From positions 1 through 27,194 of the forward strand of contig JBILIX010000001.1 in NCBI GenBank assembly GCA_044368835.1: 27,194 nt of DNA, in the 5' to 3' direction. A program made the position numbers and the translations under genes. The DNA is from Flavobacteriales bacterium. GTDB lineage: Bacteria; Bacteroidota; Bacteroidia; Flavobacteriales_D; Sanyastnellaceae. This document shows, in pieces, positions 17,772-25,605 of the stretch (the first letter of the stretch is position 1; every line of letters begins with the position of its first letter). The notes under the pieces are model-generated. The model saw only the letters and a program-made list of their open reading frames with translations. It searched no databases and was not told the DNA's origin.

Positions 17772-17779
17772 TAATTTTG
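17772..17779 (+). promoter_or_regulatory. -7 box TAATTTTG for mnmA
   Basis: Exact TAnnTTTG, 4 nt before the ATG at 17784. Confidence 0.55.
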
Positions 17780-17783
17780 AACC

Positions 17784-18965
17784 ATGGCTAAGCGCGTCGT
17801 TGTGGGTTTATCGGGTGGGGTCGACTCCAGTGTCGCTGCTCATTTGCTGCTCGAGCAAGGGTATGAAGTCATTGGTATTTTCATGCGCAACTGGCACGAT
17901 GAGTCTGTGATTATCAATAACGAGTGCCCCTGGGTCGACGATAGCAACGATGCTATGCTCGCTGCAGAAGCGCTCGGTATTCCATTTCAGGTGCTGGACA
18001 TGAGTGCTCAATACAAGGAACGTATTGTAGATTACATGTTTCGGGAATACAGCATTGGCCGAACTCCCAACCCTGACGTGCTATGCAACCGCGAGGTGAA
18101 GTTCGATTTGTTTCTCCAGGTGGCTTTGTCGCTCCACGCGGATTATGTGGCAACTGGCCATTATTGCAAAAAAGAGGAGATCAGCGATGCGAGCGGCCAT
18201 GCGGTTTTTCGATTGCTGGCCGGAGCTGACCCCAATAAAGACCAGAGTTACTTTCTCTGCCAATTAAAACAAGCGCAATTGTCCAAAGCGCTTTTCCCGA
18301 TAGGCCATTTGCAAAAGTCGGAAGTTCGGGAAATTGCGCGTCAGATCGGGCTTCCGAATGCGGAGAAGAAAGATTCACAAGGACTCTGCTTCATCGGAAA
18401 GGTCAAACTACCTGTTTTTCTGCAGCAGCAGTTGGAGCCGAAGGTTGGGGATATCATTGAAATTCCCGAGAATTTTCCCGATGCGAATAGAGGCGAAGAA
18501 ATTACGGATGAACTCGTGCGTTTGTCCAACCCACCGGCTTTCTATCCTTCAATGGGTAAAGTTATCGGTCAGCACCAGGGAGCGCACTATTACACCACGG
18601 GTCAGCGAAAAGGGCTTGGGGTAGGGGGCAAGGCACTGCCACTTTTTATATTGGAGACGGATGCTGAAAACAATATAGTATATGTGGGACAGGGTGAAGA
18701 TCATGCGGGTCTATTGCGCCATGCATTGCGGGTAAGTACGGAGGATATCCATTGGGTGCGCGAAGATTTGCGCATGCTACCGGGAGAGGAGAGGAGCTAC
18801 CTCGGACGAATAAGGTACCGTCAGGAACTAGTCTCATGCAAGCTCGTAATGCGCAACGACGGGCTCTTTGTCCTTTTTGATGTCGTGCAGCGCGGAGTTG
18901 CAGCGGGTCAGTTTGTGGCTTGGTATGCCGATGATGAGCTTGTTGGCAGTGGTGTGATCGCCTGA
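17784..18965 (+). CDS. mnmA: tRNA 2-thiouridine(34) synthase MnmA
   Basis: PP-loop [42 protein letters not shown] and GQFVAWY. Confidence 0.97.
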   Translation: MAKRVVVGLSGGVDSSVAAHLLLEQGYEVIGIFMRNWHDESVIINNECPWVDDSNDAMLAAEALGIPFQVLDMSAQYKERIVDYMFREYSIGRTPNPDVLCNREVKFDLFLQVALSLHADYVATGHYCKKEEISDASGHAVFRLLAGADPNKDQSYFLCQLKQAQLSKALFPIGHLQKSEVREIARQIGLPNAEKKDSQGLCFIGKVKLPVFLQQQLEPKVGDIIEIPENFPDANRGEEITDELVRLSNPPAFYPSMGKVIGQHQGAHYYTTGQRKGLGVGGKALPLFILETDAENNIVYVGQGEDHAGLLRHALRVSTEDIHWVREDLRMLPGEERSYLGRIRYRQELVSCKLVMRNDGLFVLFDVVQRGVAAGQFVAWYADDELVGSGVIA

Positions 18966-18986
18966 AAATTTCATTTACTTGGGAAT

Positions 18987-19014
18987 GCAACTTCTTCCGA
19001 TAATTAATTGTCTT
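18987..19014 (+). promoter_or_regulatory. Putative ECF promoter GCAAC-N17-TGTCTT upstream of the T9SS type-A gene
   Basis: GCAAC at 18987-18991 and TGTCTT at 19009-19014, in the gap between mnmA and 19098. Confidence 0.55.
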
Positions 19015-19097
19015 GAGTAGAGAATGTTTTGCTTAACATTGTAGCAAACCTTTTCTCAAGAAAATTGTTTTAAATCCAAACCCAAATCACTAATACA

Positions 19098-21407
19098 ATG
19101 AGATTTATTTACTCCTGCTTGTTTTCTGCCGCGCTCTTGATGACGTTGGCAGCTAGTGCACAAGTTTTCCCGGGGTCTACTTGCGATTCAGCTATTGAAC
19201 TGCAATGTGGTCTCAGCTACGCCGGCTCCACAGCCGGTATTGTAAATGACTCAGAGACATCAGGTGCTTCTCAGTGCTCTGGTGTTGGAACCGCCGGTCA
19301 GCTTTGGTATTCCTACACAGCTGCTGAGTTTGGTGCTCTCATAGTTTCGACTTGTGGAAGCTCGATAGACACTCGTATCCACGTATATAGCGGAACCTGC
19401 GGTAATGGCAGCCTTTCTTGCTTAGCTCAGAACGATGACTATTGCAATTTCCAAAGTCAAGTTACTTTCGAAACGCTTCAGGGTGAAACTTACTTGATTC
19501 GCGTAGGCGGTTTCGGAGGAGTTTCAGGTTCGTTCATTTTGAACTTGTCTTGCGGTTCAGCTGAGGCTGGCTGCACAAATCCGTATGCAAGCAACTACAA
19601 TCCATTTGCCTTCTCAGACGATGGCTCATGCATCTACAGCGGCTGCACCGATCCATTAGCAGCCAATTACAATTCAATGGCCACAATAGACGACGGATCT
19701 TGCTACAATTGGGTCTATGGCTGCACCAATCCGGCAGCATTGAACTACAACCAGGCGGCAAACGCTGAAGACGGTTCATGTATCATTGAAGGTTGTACAG
19801 ATGCATCTGCTACTAATTACGACGCTGCTGCTACAATTGACAATGGCTCTTGCACCTATTGCAACGGAGCGGGAAGCATTATGGCAAGTCTCTATATATG
19901 CACATTCTCGAATGGTAACCAGGTGGAATTACAAATTGTAGATGATCAAGGTAACGAGGTTTATTATGCTACAGGTTTGAATAATGGAGCCATCATTTAT
20001 GCAAGCATTTGTTTGCAACCCGGTGTATGTTACACTGCGAATATGATTAATAATACCGGCCCATTTGGTTGGTACAACGGTTACTTCTGGGTGAATGCTT
20101 TTGGTACTCAAATTATCAATGCGCATCCTTCTGCAGATGCTCAGTTTGCTTCCGTTCAATTCAGCATCGATGGTACGTGCGGTCCAATCTTCGGATGTAC
20201 AGACCCAACAGCAGTGAACTACAACCCAGAAGCCAACATGGAAAATGGCACTTGCGTTTACCCTATTGCAGGTTGCACAGATTCAACTGCGGTAAACTTT
20301 GATTCACTCGCGTCAGTAGACAACGGTACCTGCTTTTACATGAACGATTGCTTGGGAAGTGTAACAGAGTTCATTCTAACCCCTGGAATGTTTGCTAATG
20401 AGGCGTCTTATGTGATTTATGATGAATTAGGTAATACCATCGCTGCCGGTTCCGGAGCAACTACACAATATGCATGTTTGTTAGATGGTTGCTACACCGT
20501 GGCCATGTACGATTCGTTTGGTGATGGCTGGGATGGTGGCGGCTACCTCGATGTAGTAATAAATAGCGAGACTACCAACTCCTTTGCTCTAACCACCGGC
20601 TTTGAGGGTGCTGACTATTTCGGAATAAACGCAGAAGGTTGTGTGCCTGTTATTGCTGGCTGCACTGACCCTACAGCATTGAACTATAACGCGCTGGCCA
20701 ACGAAGACGATGGTTCATGCCAATACCCATTGAACTGCACAGATAACCTGGTTACCATTCAAATTGTAACCTCAAACTGGGGTTCTGAAGTTGGTTGGAG
20801 CCTCGTAGATGCAGCAGGTGTTGAAGTGGCATCAGGCTCGGGCTACTCAAGCTGGGGATGGTATACAGAGTACGCTTGCGTGGCCGATGGTTGCTATCAG
20901 TTGATTCTCACAGACAGCTGGGGCGATGGTTGGAATGGAGCTTATTATATGATTTCAACGGGCGGAGCTTATTACGAAGGATCAATGTACTATGGCTCAA
21001 ACGCGATCGATATGATTGCAGTGAATTCAGACTGCGGAGTACTTCCGGGTTGCACCGATGTTGAGGCTATCAACTACGATCCGCAGGCATCTTTCGATGA
21101 CGGTTCATGCATGTACAATTCGGGTAGTGGTCTTGGCATCACAAATGGTTTGGAAATGGAGTTCTCCATCTATCCGAACCCAACCAACGGAGGTATTATC
21201 GTTAATGCAACATCACTCGATCCATTGAAAGTAGTTACCGTAAATATCTACGGTGCTGAAGGTCGCTTGGTTCGTTCGATAACTCAAGGTGCAGGTACTG
21301 CAACTGTTCAAATTCAGGAGGACTTGACTGATTTGTCTGCAGGATATTATTTCGTAGAAATGGTGAATGGCTCTGCTCGCGCAGTGAAGCCGCTTGTTAA
21401 GCAATAA
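19098..21407 (+). CDS. T9SS type-A sorting-domain protein with GCTD-type Cys repeats
   Basis: Signal ending ASA|Q; N-terminal beta-sandwich-like module (LWYSYTA...STCGSSIDTRIHVYSG...NDD...YLIRVGG); eight GCTxxxAxNYxxxAxxDDGSC repeats; CTD FSIYPNPTNG...VNIYGAEGRLV...LSAGYYFVEM. Confidence 0.9.
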   Translation: MRFIYSCLFSAALLMTLAASAQVFPGSTCDSAIELQCGLSYAGSTAGIVNDSETSGASQCSGVGTAGQLWYSYTAAEFGALIVSTCGSSIDTRIHVYSGTCGNGSLSCLAQNDDYCNFQSQVTFETLQGETYLIRVGGFGGVSGSFILNLSCGSAEAGCTNPYASNYNPFAFSDDGSCIYSGCTDPLAANYNSMATIDDGSCYNWVYGCTNPAALNYNQAANAEDGSCIIEGCTDASATNYDAAATIDNGSCTYCNGAGSIMASLYICTFSNGNQVELQIVDDQGNEVYYATGLNNGAIIYASICLQPGVCYTANMINNTGPFGWYNGYFWVNAFGTQIINAHPSADAQFASVQFSIDGTCGPIFGCTDPTAVNYNPEANMENGTCVYPIAGCTDSTAVNFDSLASVDNGTCFYMNDCLGSVTEFILTPGMFANEASYVIYDELGNTIAAGSGATTQYACLLDGCYTVAMYDSFGDGWDGGGYLDVVINSETTNSFALTTGFEGADYFGINAEGCVPVIAGCTDPTALNYNALANEDDGSCQYPLNCTDNLVTIQIVTSNWGSEVGWSLVDAAGVEVASGSGYSSWGWYTEYACVADGCYQLILTDSWGDGWNGAYYMISTGGAYYEGSMYYGSNAIDMIAVNSDCGVLPGCTDVEAINYDPQASFDDGSCMYNSGSGLGITNGLEMEFSIYPNPTNGGIIVNATSLDPLKVVTVNIYGAEGRLVRSITQGAGTATVQIQEDLTDLSAGYYFVEMVNGSARAVKPLVKQ
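19569..21116 (+). repeat. Eight ~23-aa GCT(D/N)xxAxN(Y/F)xxxAxx(D/E)(D/N)G(S/T)C repeats in blocks of 4, 2, 1 and 1
   Basis: Blocks at 19569-19859, 20193-20339, 20658-20726 and 21048-21116, read from the translation and located in the DNA. Confidence 0.85.
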
Positions 21408-21425
21408 TTGATAGATCAAATATTT

Positions 21426-21455
21426 AAAAAGGCCGCACAAAGCGGCCTTTTTTTT
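21426..21455. terminator. Bidirectional intrinsic terminator between the convergent T9SS-A and GT2 genes
   Basis: AAAAAGGCCGC-ACAAA-GCGGCCTTTTTTTT: GC stem with an A-tract before and a T8 tract after. Confidence 0.9.
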
Positions 21456-21522
21456 ATGACATCTACTTGATAAATCCTTTGCTAGAATATCAAGTTATCT
21501 GTTTGCGATTTCGTTCTGCTGA

Positions 21523-22476
21523 TTACAATTCCTCACGAATTTTATATTGATTCCTTGACGGTGAATTGCGAGTAATCAACTCGCCCACAAAGCCTGCAAG
21601 GAATAGCTGTGTTCCAAGAATCATGGAGGTGAGGGCTATATAGAAACTCGCTTGGTCTGCCACAAGAGGAGCCTTGCTATGCCATACATACAAGTGCATG
21701 AACTTCTGAAGAATAAGATACGCTGTAAGTCCAAGTCCGATTACAAAGGTTGTTGCTCCAATGGTCCCGAAGATGTGCATGGGGCGTTTTCCAAACTTGG
21801 AAATAAACATGATGGTCAACAAGTCGAGTGGACCATTGATGAATCGCTCCAACCCGAATTTCGTGGTTCCATACTTGCGCGCCCTGTGTTCAACAACCTT
21901 TTCACCGATTTTTTTAAAGCCTTCTCGATGCGCTATTACAGGAATATAACGGTGCATTTCCCCGAAAATCTCTACGCTTTTTACAACCTCATTGGAATAG
22001 GCTTTCAGTCCGCAGTTGAAATCATGAAGGTAAATTCCGCTCATTCTGCGAGTGGCCCAGTTGTAAAGTTTCGTGGGAATCGTCTTTGAAATCGGGTCGT
22101 GACGTTTCTTTTTCCAACCGCTCACCAAGTCGAACCCTTCAGAAGTTATCATGCGATACAATTCAGGAATCTCATCAGGCGAGTCTTGCAAGTCGGCATC
22201 CATGGTAATGACCACTTTTCCATTGCAAGCATCAAATCCGGTATGCAGAGCAGCGCTCTTGCCATAGTTTCGCTGGAATCGAATGCCTCGCACCTCGGGG
22301 TTGTTGGTCTTGAGTTCACTGATGATTTTCCAAGATTCATCTTTCGAGCCATCATCAATAAATAAGATTTCATAGCTCAGGGATGCGCTGTCACATACAC
22401 GCTTGATCCAGGCATGCAACTCAGGCAATGACTCCGCTTCATTGAGCAAGGGTATTACGAGCGAAATGTCTTTCAT
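21523..22476 (-). CDS. Glycosyltransferase family 2 (polyprenol-phosphate glycosyltransferase, ArnC/GtrB-like)
   Basis: Start reassigned to MKDISLVIP at 22476 (ATGA overlap with the upstream gene). Motifs DDGSKD, RNYGKSAAL, MDADLQD, SGWKKKRHD and FNCGLKAY, with two C-terminal hydrophobic helices. Confidence 0.92.
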   Translation of the reverse strand: MKDISLVIPLLNEAESLPELHAWIKRVCDSASLSYEILFIDDGSKDESWKIISELKTNNPEVRGIRFQRNYGKSAALHTGFDACNGKVVITMDADLQDSPDEIPELYRMITSEGFDLVSGWKKKRHDPISKTIPTKLYNWATRRMSGIYLHDFNCGLKAYSNEVVKSVEIFGEMHRYIPVIAHREGFKKIGEKVVEHRARKYGTTKFGLERFINGPLDLLTIMFISKFGKRPMHIFGTIGATTFVIGLGLTAYLILQKFMHLYVWHSKAPLVADQASFYIALTSMILGTQLFLAGFVGELITRNSPSRNQYKIREEL

Positions 22477-23009
22477 GCTGTGATGAACGGGTTTTTTTGT
22501 TCTTTTCGCTTGATGAAAGAAGCACAAATTACGCTGATCAAGGCCATGAAAAGACCACCTTTCAACCAGCTCAGGAGTTGAGCGCCAGGTTTAAACTGTG
22601 ATGGAAGGTCTTTCATTTCCTTTAAAGTCTCTTTAATTGCTTCTTCCGGCGCGCCCCATTTTTCCATCGTTTTTTCGGTCTCTTCCAAAATGCGAACGGA
22701 AAGTTCCTTTGCCAGGCTCTTATCAATTACATTGAAAAGCACAATATTCCAAATAGTTGAAATCAATGTGGCAAGCATGAGCATGGAGAGCAAAATAATG
22801 AATGTCTGCTTCAATTGAAATGGCTCCGATTCATGCTTATTGCGTAGTTGGATGGTGAAGTAACAGATCAACCCGATGGAAATGGGGTACATGATTACGG
22901 AATACCACCAGTTCGCAAAAACATCCATTCCGGCAGCATAGAGCAATGCCATGTAAGCACTGATCACAACACCCACGATTATTCCATAACGGAGTATACT
23001 TTCTTTCAT
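22473..23009 (-). CDS. DUF4199-like multi-pass membrane protein
   Basis: Start reassigned to MKESILRYGIIVG at 23009. About four hydrophobic helices with a charged helical loop before the last one; coupled to GT2. Family call by pattern recognition. Confidence 0.7.
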   Translation of the reverse strand: MKESILRYGIIVGVVISAYMALLYAAGMDVFANWWYSVIMYPISIGLICYFTIQLRNKHESEPFQLKQTFIILLSMLMLATLISTIWNIVLFNVIDKSLAKELSVRILEETEKTMEKWGAPEEAIKETLKEMKDLPSQFKPGAQLLSWLKGGLFMALISVICASFIKRKEQKNPFITA

Positions 23010-23031
23010 ACGCTGAAACAATTGGTTTTGC

Positions 23032-23039
23032 CAAAAATA
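23032..23039 (-). promoter_or_regulatory. -7 box TATTTTTG for the DUF4199-GT2 operon
   Basis: Exact TAnnTTTG, 22 nt before the ATG at 23009. Confidence 0.45.
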
Positions 23040-23106
23040 GTAGGTCAATCAGAAGCGGGAGATTCAATTTTAAGAAAAAACCTACGGGGGTTTGTTGAAA
23101 CAACCT

Positions 23107-23114
23107 TACTTTTG
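23107..23114 (+). promoter_or_regulatory. -7 box TACTTTTG for the SRP RNA
   Basis: Exact TAnnTTTG about 5 nt before the predicted RNA 5' end. Confidence 0.65.
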
Positions 23115-23119
23115 CCGTC

Positions 23120-23225
23120 AAAGGGCAAGTCTTTTACGACCAGCTCCTGTCCAATCCTCCAGGGCCGGAAGGCAGCAAAGGCAGACGGTTGTAGCGGTGC
23201 GATAAATTGGGCTTGCCTTTTTTTT
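23120..23225 (+). ncRNA. ffs: Signal recognition particle RNA (4.5S, small bacterial type)
   Basis: Helix-8 core CAGGGCCGGAAGGCAGCA (23160-23177, GGAA tetraloop) followed by AAGGCAGA. Closing stem AAAGGGCAAGT (23120-23130) pairs with GCTTGCCTTTT (23211-23221), with a T8 tract at 23218-23225. Confidence 0.93.
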
Positions 23226-23322
23226 ATTTCCTTTCATCAACAATCAATAGCCAATAATTCTCTGTGTGCCTTCTTCTATTGGAGGTTTTCAACTGCTAGT
23301 TTCGTTGATCAGTAAAAGCTCT

Positions 23323-23844
23323 ATGAAAAAAATCGATGTAGCGTATTATACACGTCGCGCCAATGCTAAAAAGAAAACGCTTGCCGCTGACCTTAAGAAA
23401 ATTATCAAGAAAAACCCAAAAGGGTTGCTGGCCGATGTGAAGAGCGCTACGGAGTCAACATGGAAGGATGTGAGTTGTGTGGCATGCGGCCATTGTTGCA
23501 TGGAAATGACACCAACCTGGAAGAAGTCAGAAATAAAGCGTGTTGCAGCGCATTTCGGGATGACCTCGGCTCAGTATTACGAAAAGTATTTATATACCGA
23601 GGAGAAGACGGGAGATATCATGAACGATAGCACTCCCTGCCAGCATTTCGACAAGAAGAAGGGGCTTTGTACGATTTACGAAATTCGCCCTTCCGACTGT
23701 GCAGAATTTCCACATTTTCACCGAAAAGATTTTAAGGATCAGGTCGAAGAAGTTTTTATTCCCAACATGGCGCGTTGTCCGGCCACTTTGGTGATGGTAG
23801 AGAAGCTAAACGAGATTATGCGCGAGAAGGGCGTAATAAAGTAA
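23323..23844 (+). CDS. YkgJ-family cysteine-cluster (CxxCxxCC) protein
   Basis: CVACGHCC...CQHF...CTIYEIRPSDCAEFP. Start reassigned to MKKIDV at 23323; Lys-rich N-terminus. Confidence 0.88.
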   Translation: MKKIDVAYYTRRANAKKKTLAADLKKIIKKNPKGLLADVKSATESTWKDVSCVACGHCCMEMTPTWKKSEIKRVAAHFGMTSAQYYEKYLYTEEKTGDIMNDSTPCQHFDKKKGLCTIYEIRPSDCAEFPHFHRKDFKDQVEEVFIPNMARCPATLVMVEKLNEIMREKGVIK

Positions 23845-23851
23845 CAACGAC

Positions 23852-25171
23852 ATGAAGTCACTTGCACATCCGCGACGCGTTCCCTTTATGGTATATGCTG
23901 ACGCAGACGGAAACATATTTGAAGATGAGCGTTACGAAGCAGTTGGGCGAAGTGGATATGACGTCTATCCGCTCACTCCTGAAGACTTCATAGAGTTACC
24001 AACCGGTAGCGACTTATTTACACTTCCCGGCCGACGACCCTATGGTCTGAATCTGGAAACGGGAGAGTTCGATATTTGCGAGGAAGTACAGGCTGTGGCC
24101 GCATTGAATGCACCCGCATACACGCAGTTATATATGGCCGCATTTGGCACTGAAGAAGAGGGCGCACCAACATTGCCTTTGTATTGTTATACGGTGGTGG
24201 GCTGGCTGGACGGGAAGTTCTATACGACTGCGGTTCGAATCGATGCGGATGAACGCCAAGATCTGGAAAACTTTGATCAGGAATTGATCATTGAAGAGAC
24301 TAAAAAGCGACTGCAGCAACATCCGGAGAATAGACTCGTTCAGCACCTTGGCAACAATTGCAGCATTCGCTATTGTTGCCCTGCTGCCCGCAATTTTTTT
24401 ATGGGGCGTTGGGAATGTCCAATTCCGGTTTCGCCTGCATGCAACAGCAATTGCCTCGGTTGTATTTCGTTTCAACCGGAGGAGCATGAATTGACCTCTC
24501 CTCAGGACCGACTCACATTCATTCCGACTGTTGATGAAATCGTTGAATTCACGGTGCCGCATTTAGAAAGCGCTGAAAGGCCCATTGTGAGTTTCGGTCA
24601 GGGCTGCGAGGGTGAGCCTCTGCTCGTATGGCAACTAATGCGCGATGCAATCATTGCTATTCGCAAGAAAACATCGCGGGGAATCATCAACTTGAATACG
24701 AATGGAAGCAAGCCAAAGGCAGTGGAGGAGTTGATGAAGGCCGGTCTGAGTTCAATTCGAGTGAGCACCAACTCAGCTCGAAAATCAGTTTACGAGTCCT
24801 ACTATTTACCCAATAACTATGCATTCGAGGACATAAGAGAGAGTGCGCGCATTGCTCGCCAATACGGTGGCTGGGCAAGTATCAACTATTTCACTTTCCC
24901 CGGCATGACCGACCAGGAGGAGGAGTATGAGGCACTCCGCGATTGGATTCGTTACAGCGATTTGTCCATGATTCAATGGCGCAATTTCAACATAGATCCC
25001 GATTGGTATTTGGGTAAGCTAGGCATTACGGAACTGAAGCCTGGAATGGGAGTTCGTCAGATGATGGTCAAGATTAGGCAAGAGTTTCCTCACTTGGCCT
25101 ATGGATATTTCAATCCACCCAACGAAGTGCAGACGAAATACAATGCGATTCGCATAGAGCTTGGTAGGTAA
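23852..25171 (+). CDS. Radical SAM protein of unknown function
   Basis: CxxxCxxC motif (CNSNCLGC, aa 197-204, nt 24440-24463), SFGQGCEGEP in place of the GGE motif, and NLNTNG and IRVSTNS barrel strands. Confidence 0.88.
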   Translation: MKSLAHPRRVPFMVYADADGNIFEDERYEAVGRSGYDVYPLTPEDFIELPTGSDLFTLPGRRPYGLNLETGEFDICEEVQAVAALNAPAYTQLYMAAFGTEEEGAPTLPLYCYTVVGWLDGKFYTTAVRIDADERQDLENFDQELIIEETKKRLQQHPENRLVQHLGNNCSIRYCCPAARNFFMGRWECPIPVSPACNSNCLGCISFQPEEHELTSPQDRLTFIPTVDEIVEFTVPHLESAERPIVSFGQGCEGEPLLVWQLMRDAIIAIRKKTSRGIINLNTNGSKPKAVEELMKAGLSSIRVSTNSARKSVYESYYLPNNYAFEDIRESARIARQYGGWASINYFTFPGMTDQEEEYEALRDWIRYSDLSMIQWRNFNIDPDWYLGKLGITELKPGMGVRQMMVKIRQEFPHLAYGYFNPPNEVQTKYNAIRIELGR

Positions 25172-25306
25172 GAAACGTGGTTGGCTCATTTCATCGGCAA
25201 AATTGTTTGCTTAGCTGTTGTGAAATCATAACTTGTTGATTTCCTTTGTTTTTATCTTGACTTCTTAAAGAGTTGATGCATCTTTGTGTTACCTTAACGA
25301 AGAAAG

Positions 25307-25603
25307 ATGACCTCGAAAGTATTTTATTGTTCTAAGCAGCGTGCAATGCACCTTGTTCAAGATGTGCTTAAAGAGATGAAGCTAATTGAAACAAAACCGA
25401 ACAGTTCTGGCAACACCCTATTTGCCGAACGCGGTTGGAGTTTTTTGAGTCCTCCGACCGGAGTAGAGGTTAGGATTTTCACCGAAGACAGACGAGTAGA
25501 AGTTGCTGTGAATGTTGAGAGTAAGGTGAAAATGCTCGATTTCGGCAGGAGTGAGTATTTAGAGGAAGAGATTCTGTATCGTATCAAAGAGCGTATAAAT
25601 TGA
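25307..25603 (+). CDS. Hypothetical 98-aa protein
   Basis: Fills the gap between the radical SAM and PhoD genes, has an A-rich upstream region and a plausible alpha/beta pattern. No family recognised with confidence. Confidence 0.7.
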   Translation: MTSKVFYCSKQRAMHLVQDVLKEMKLIETKPNSSGNTLFAERGWSFLSPPTGVEVRIFTEDRRVEVAVNVESKVKMLDFGRSEYLEEEILYRIKERIN

Positions 25604-25605
25604 GT

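Noticed and set aside
17358-17774. 138-aa plus-strand ORF
   Set aside because: Antisense to the ECF sigma and running across its promoter; no protein-like motifs.
19569-21116. CRISPR-like or nucleotide tandem array
   Set aside because: The repeats are degenerate at DNA level and in frame within a CDS; they are protein repeats.
21465-21495. 8-bp inverted repeat ACTTGATA-N15-TATCAAGT
   Set aside because: AT-rich, between convergent genes already served by a strong bidirectional terminator; no function supportable.
22837-23315. ORFs 22848..23315 (+) and 22837..23121 (-)
   Set aside because: They overlap DUF4199 and the SRP RNA, which already explain the sequence.
24128-24562. 144-aa minus-strand ORF and other short ORFs nested in real genes
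   Set aside because: Antisense or out-of-frame shadows of strongly supported CDSs.
23852-25603. RiPP cluster (radical SAM maturase plus small precursor)
   Set aside because: No SPASM/twitch cysteines and no transporter or peptidase, and the 98-aa ORF looks like a folded domain rather than a leader-core peptide.
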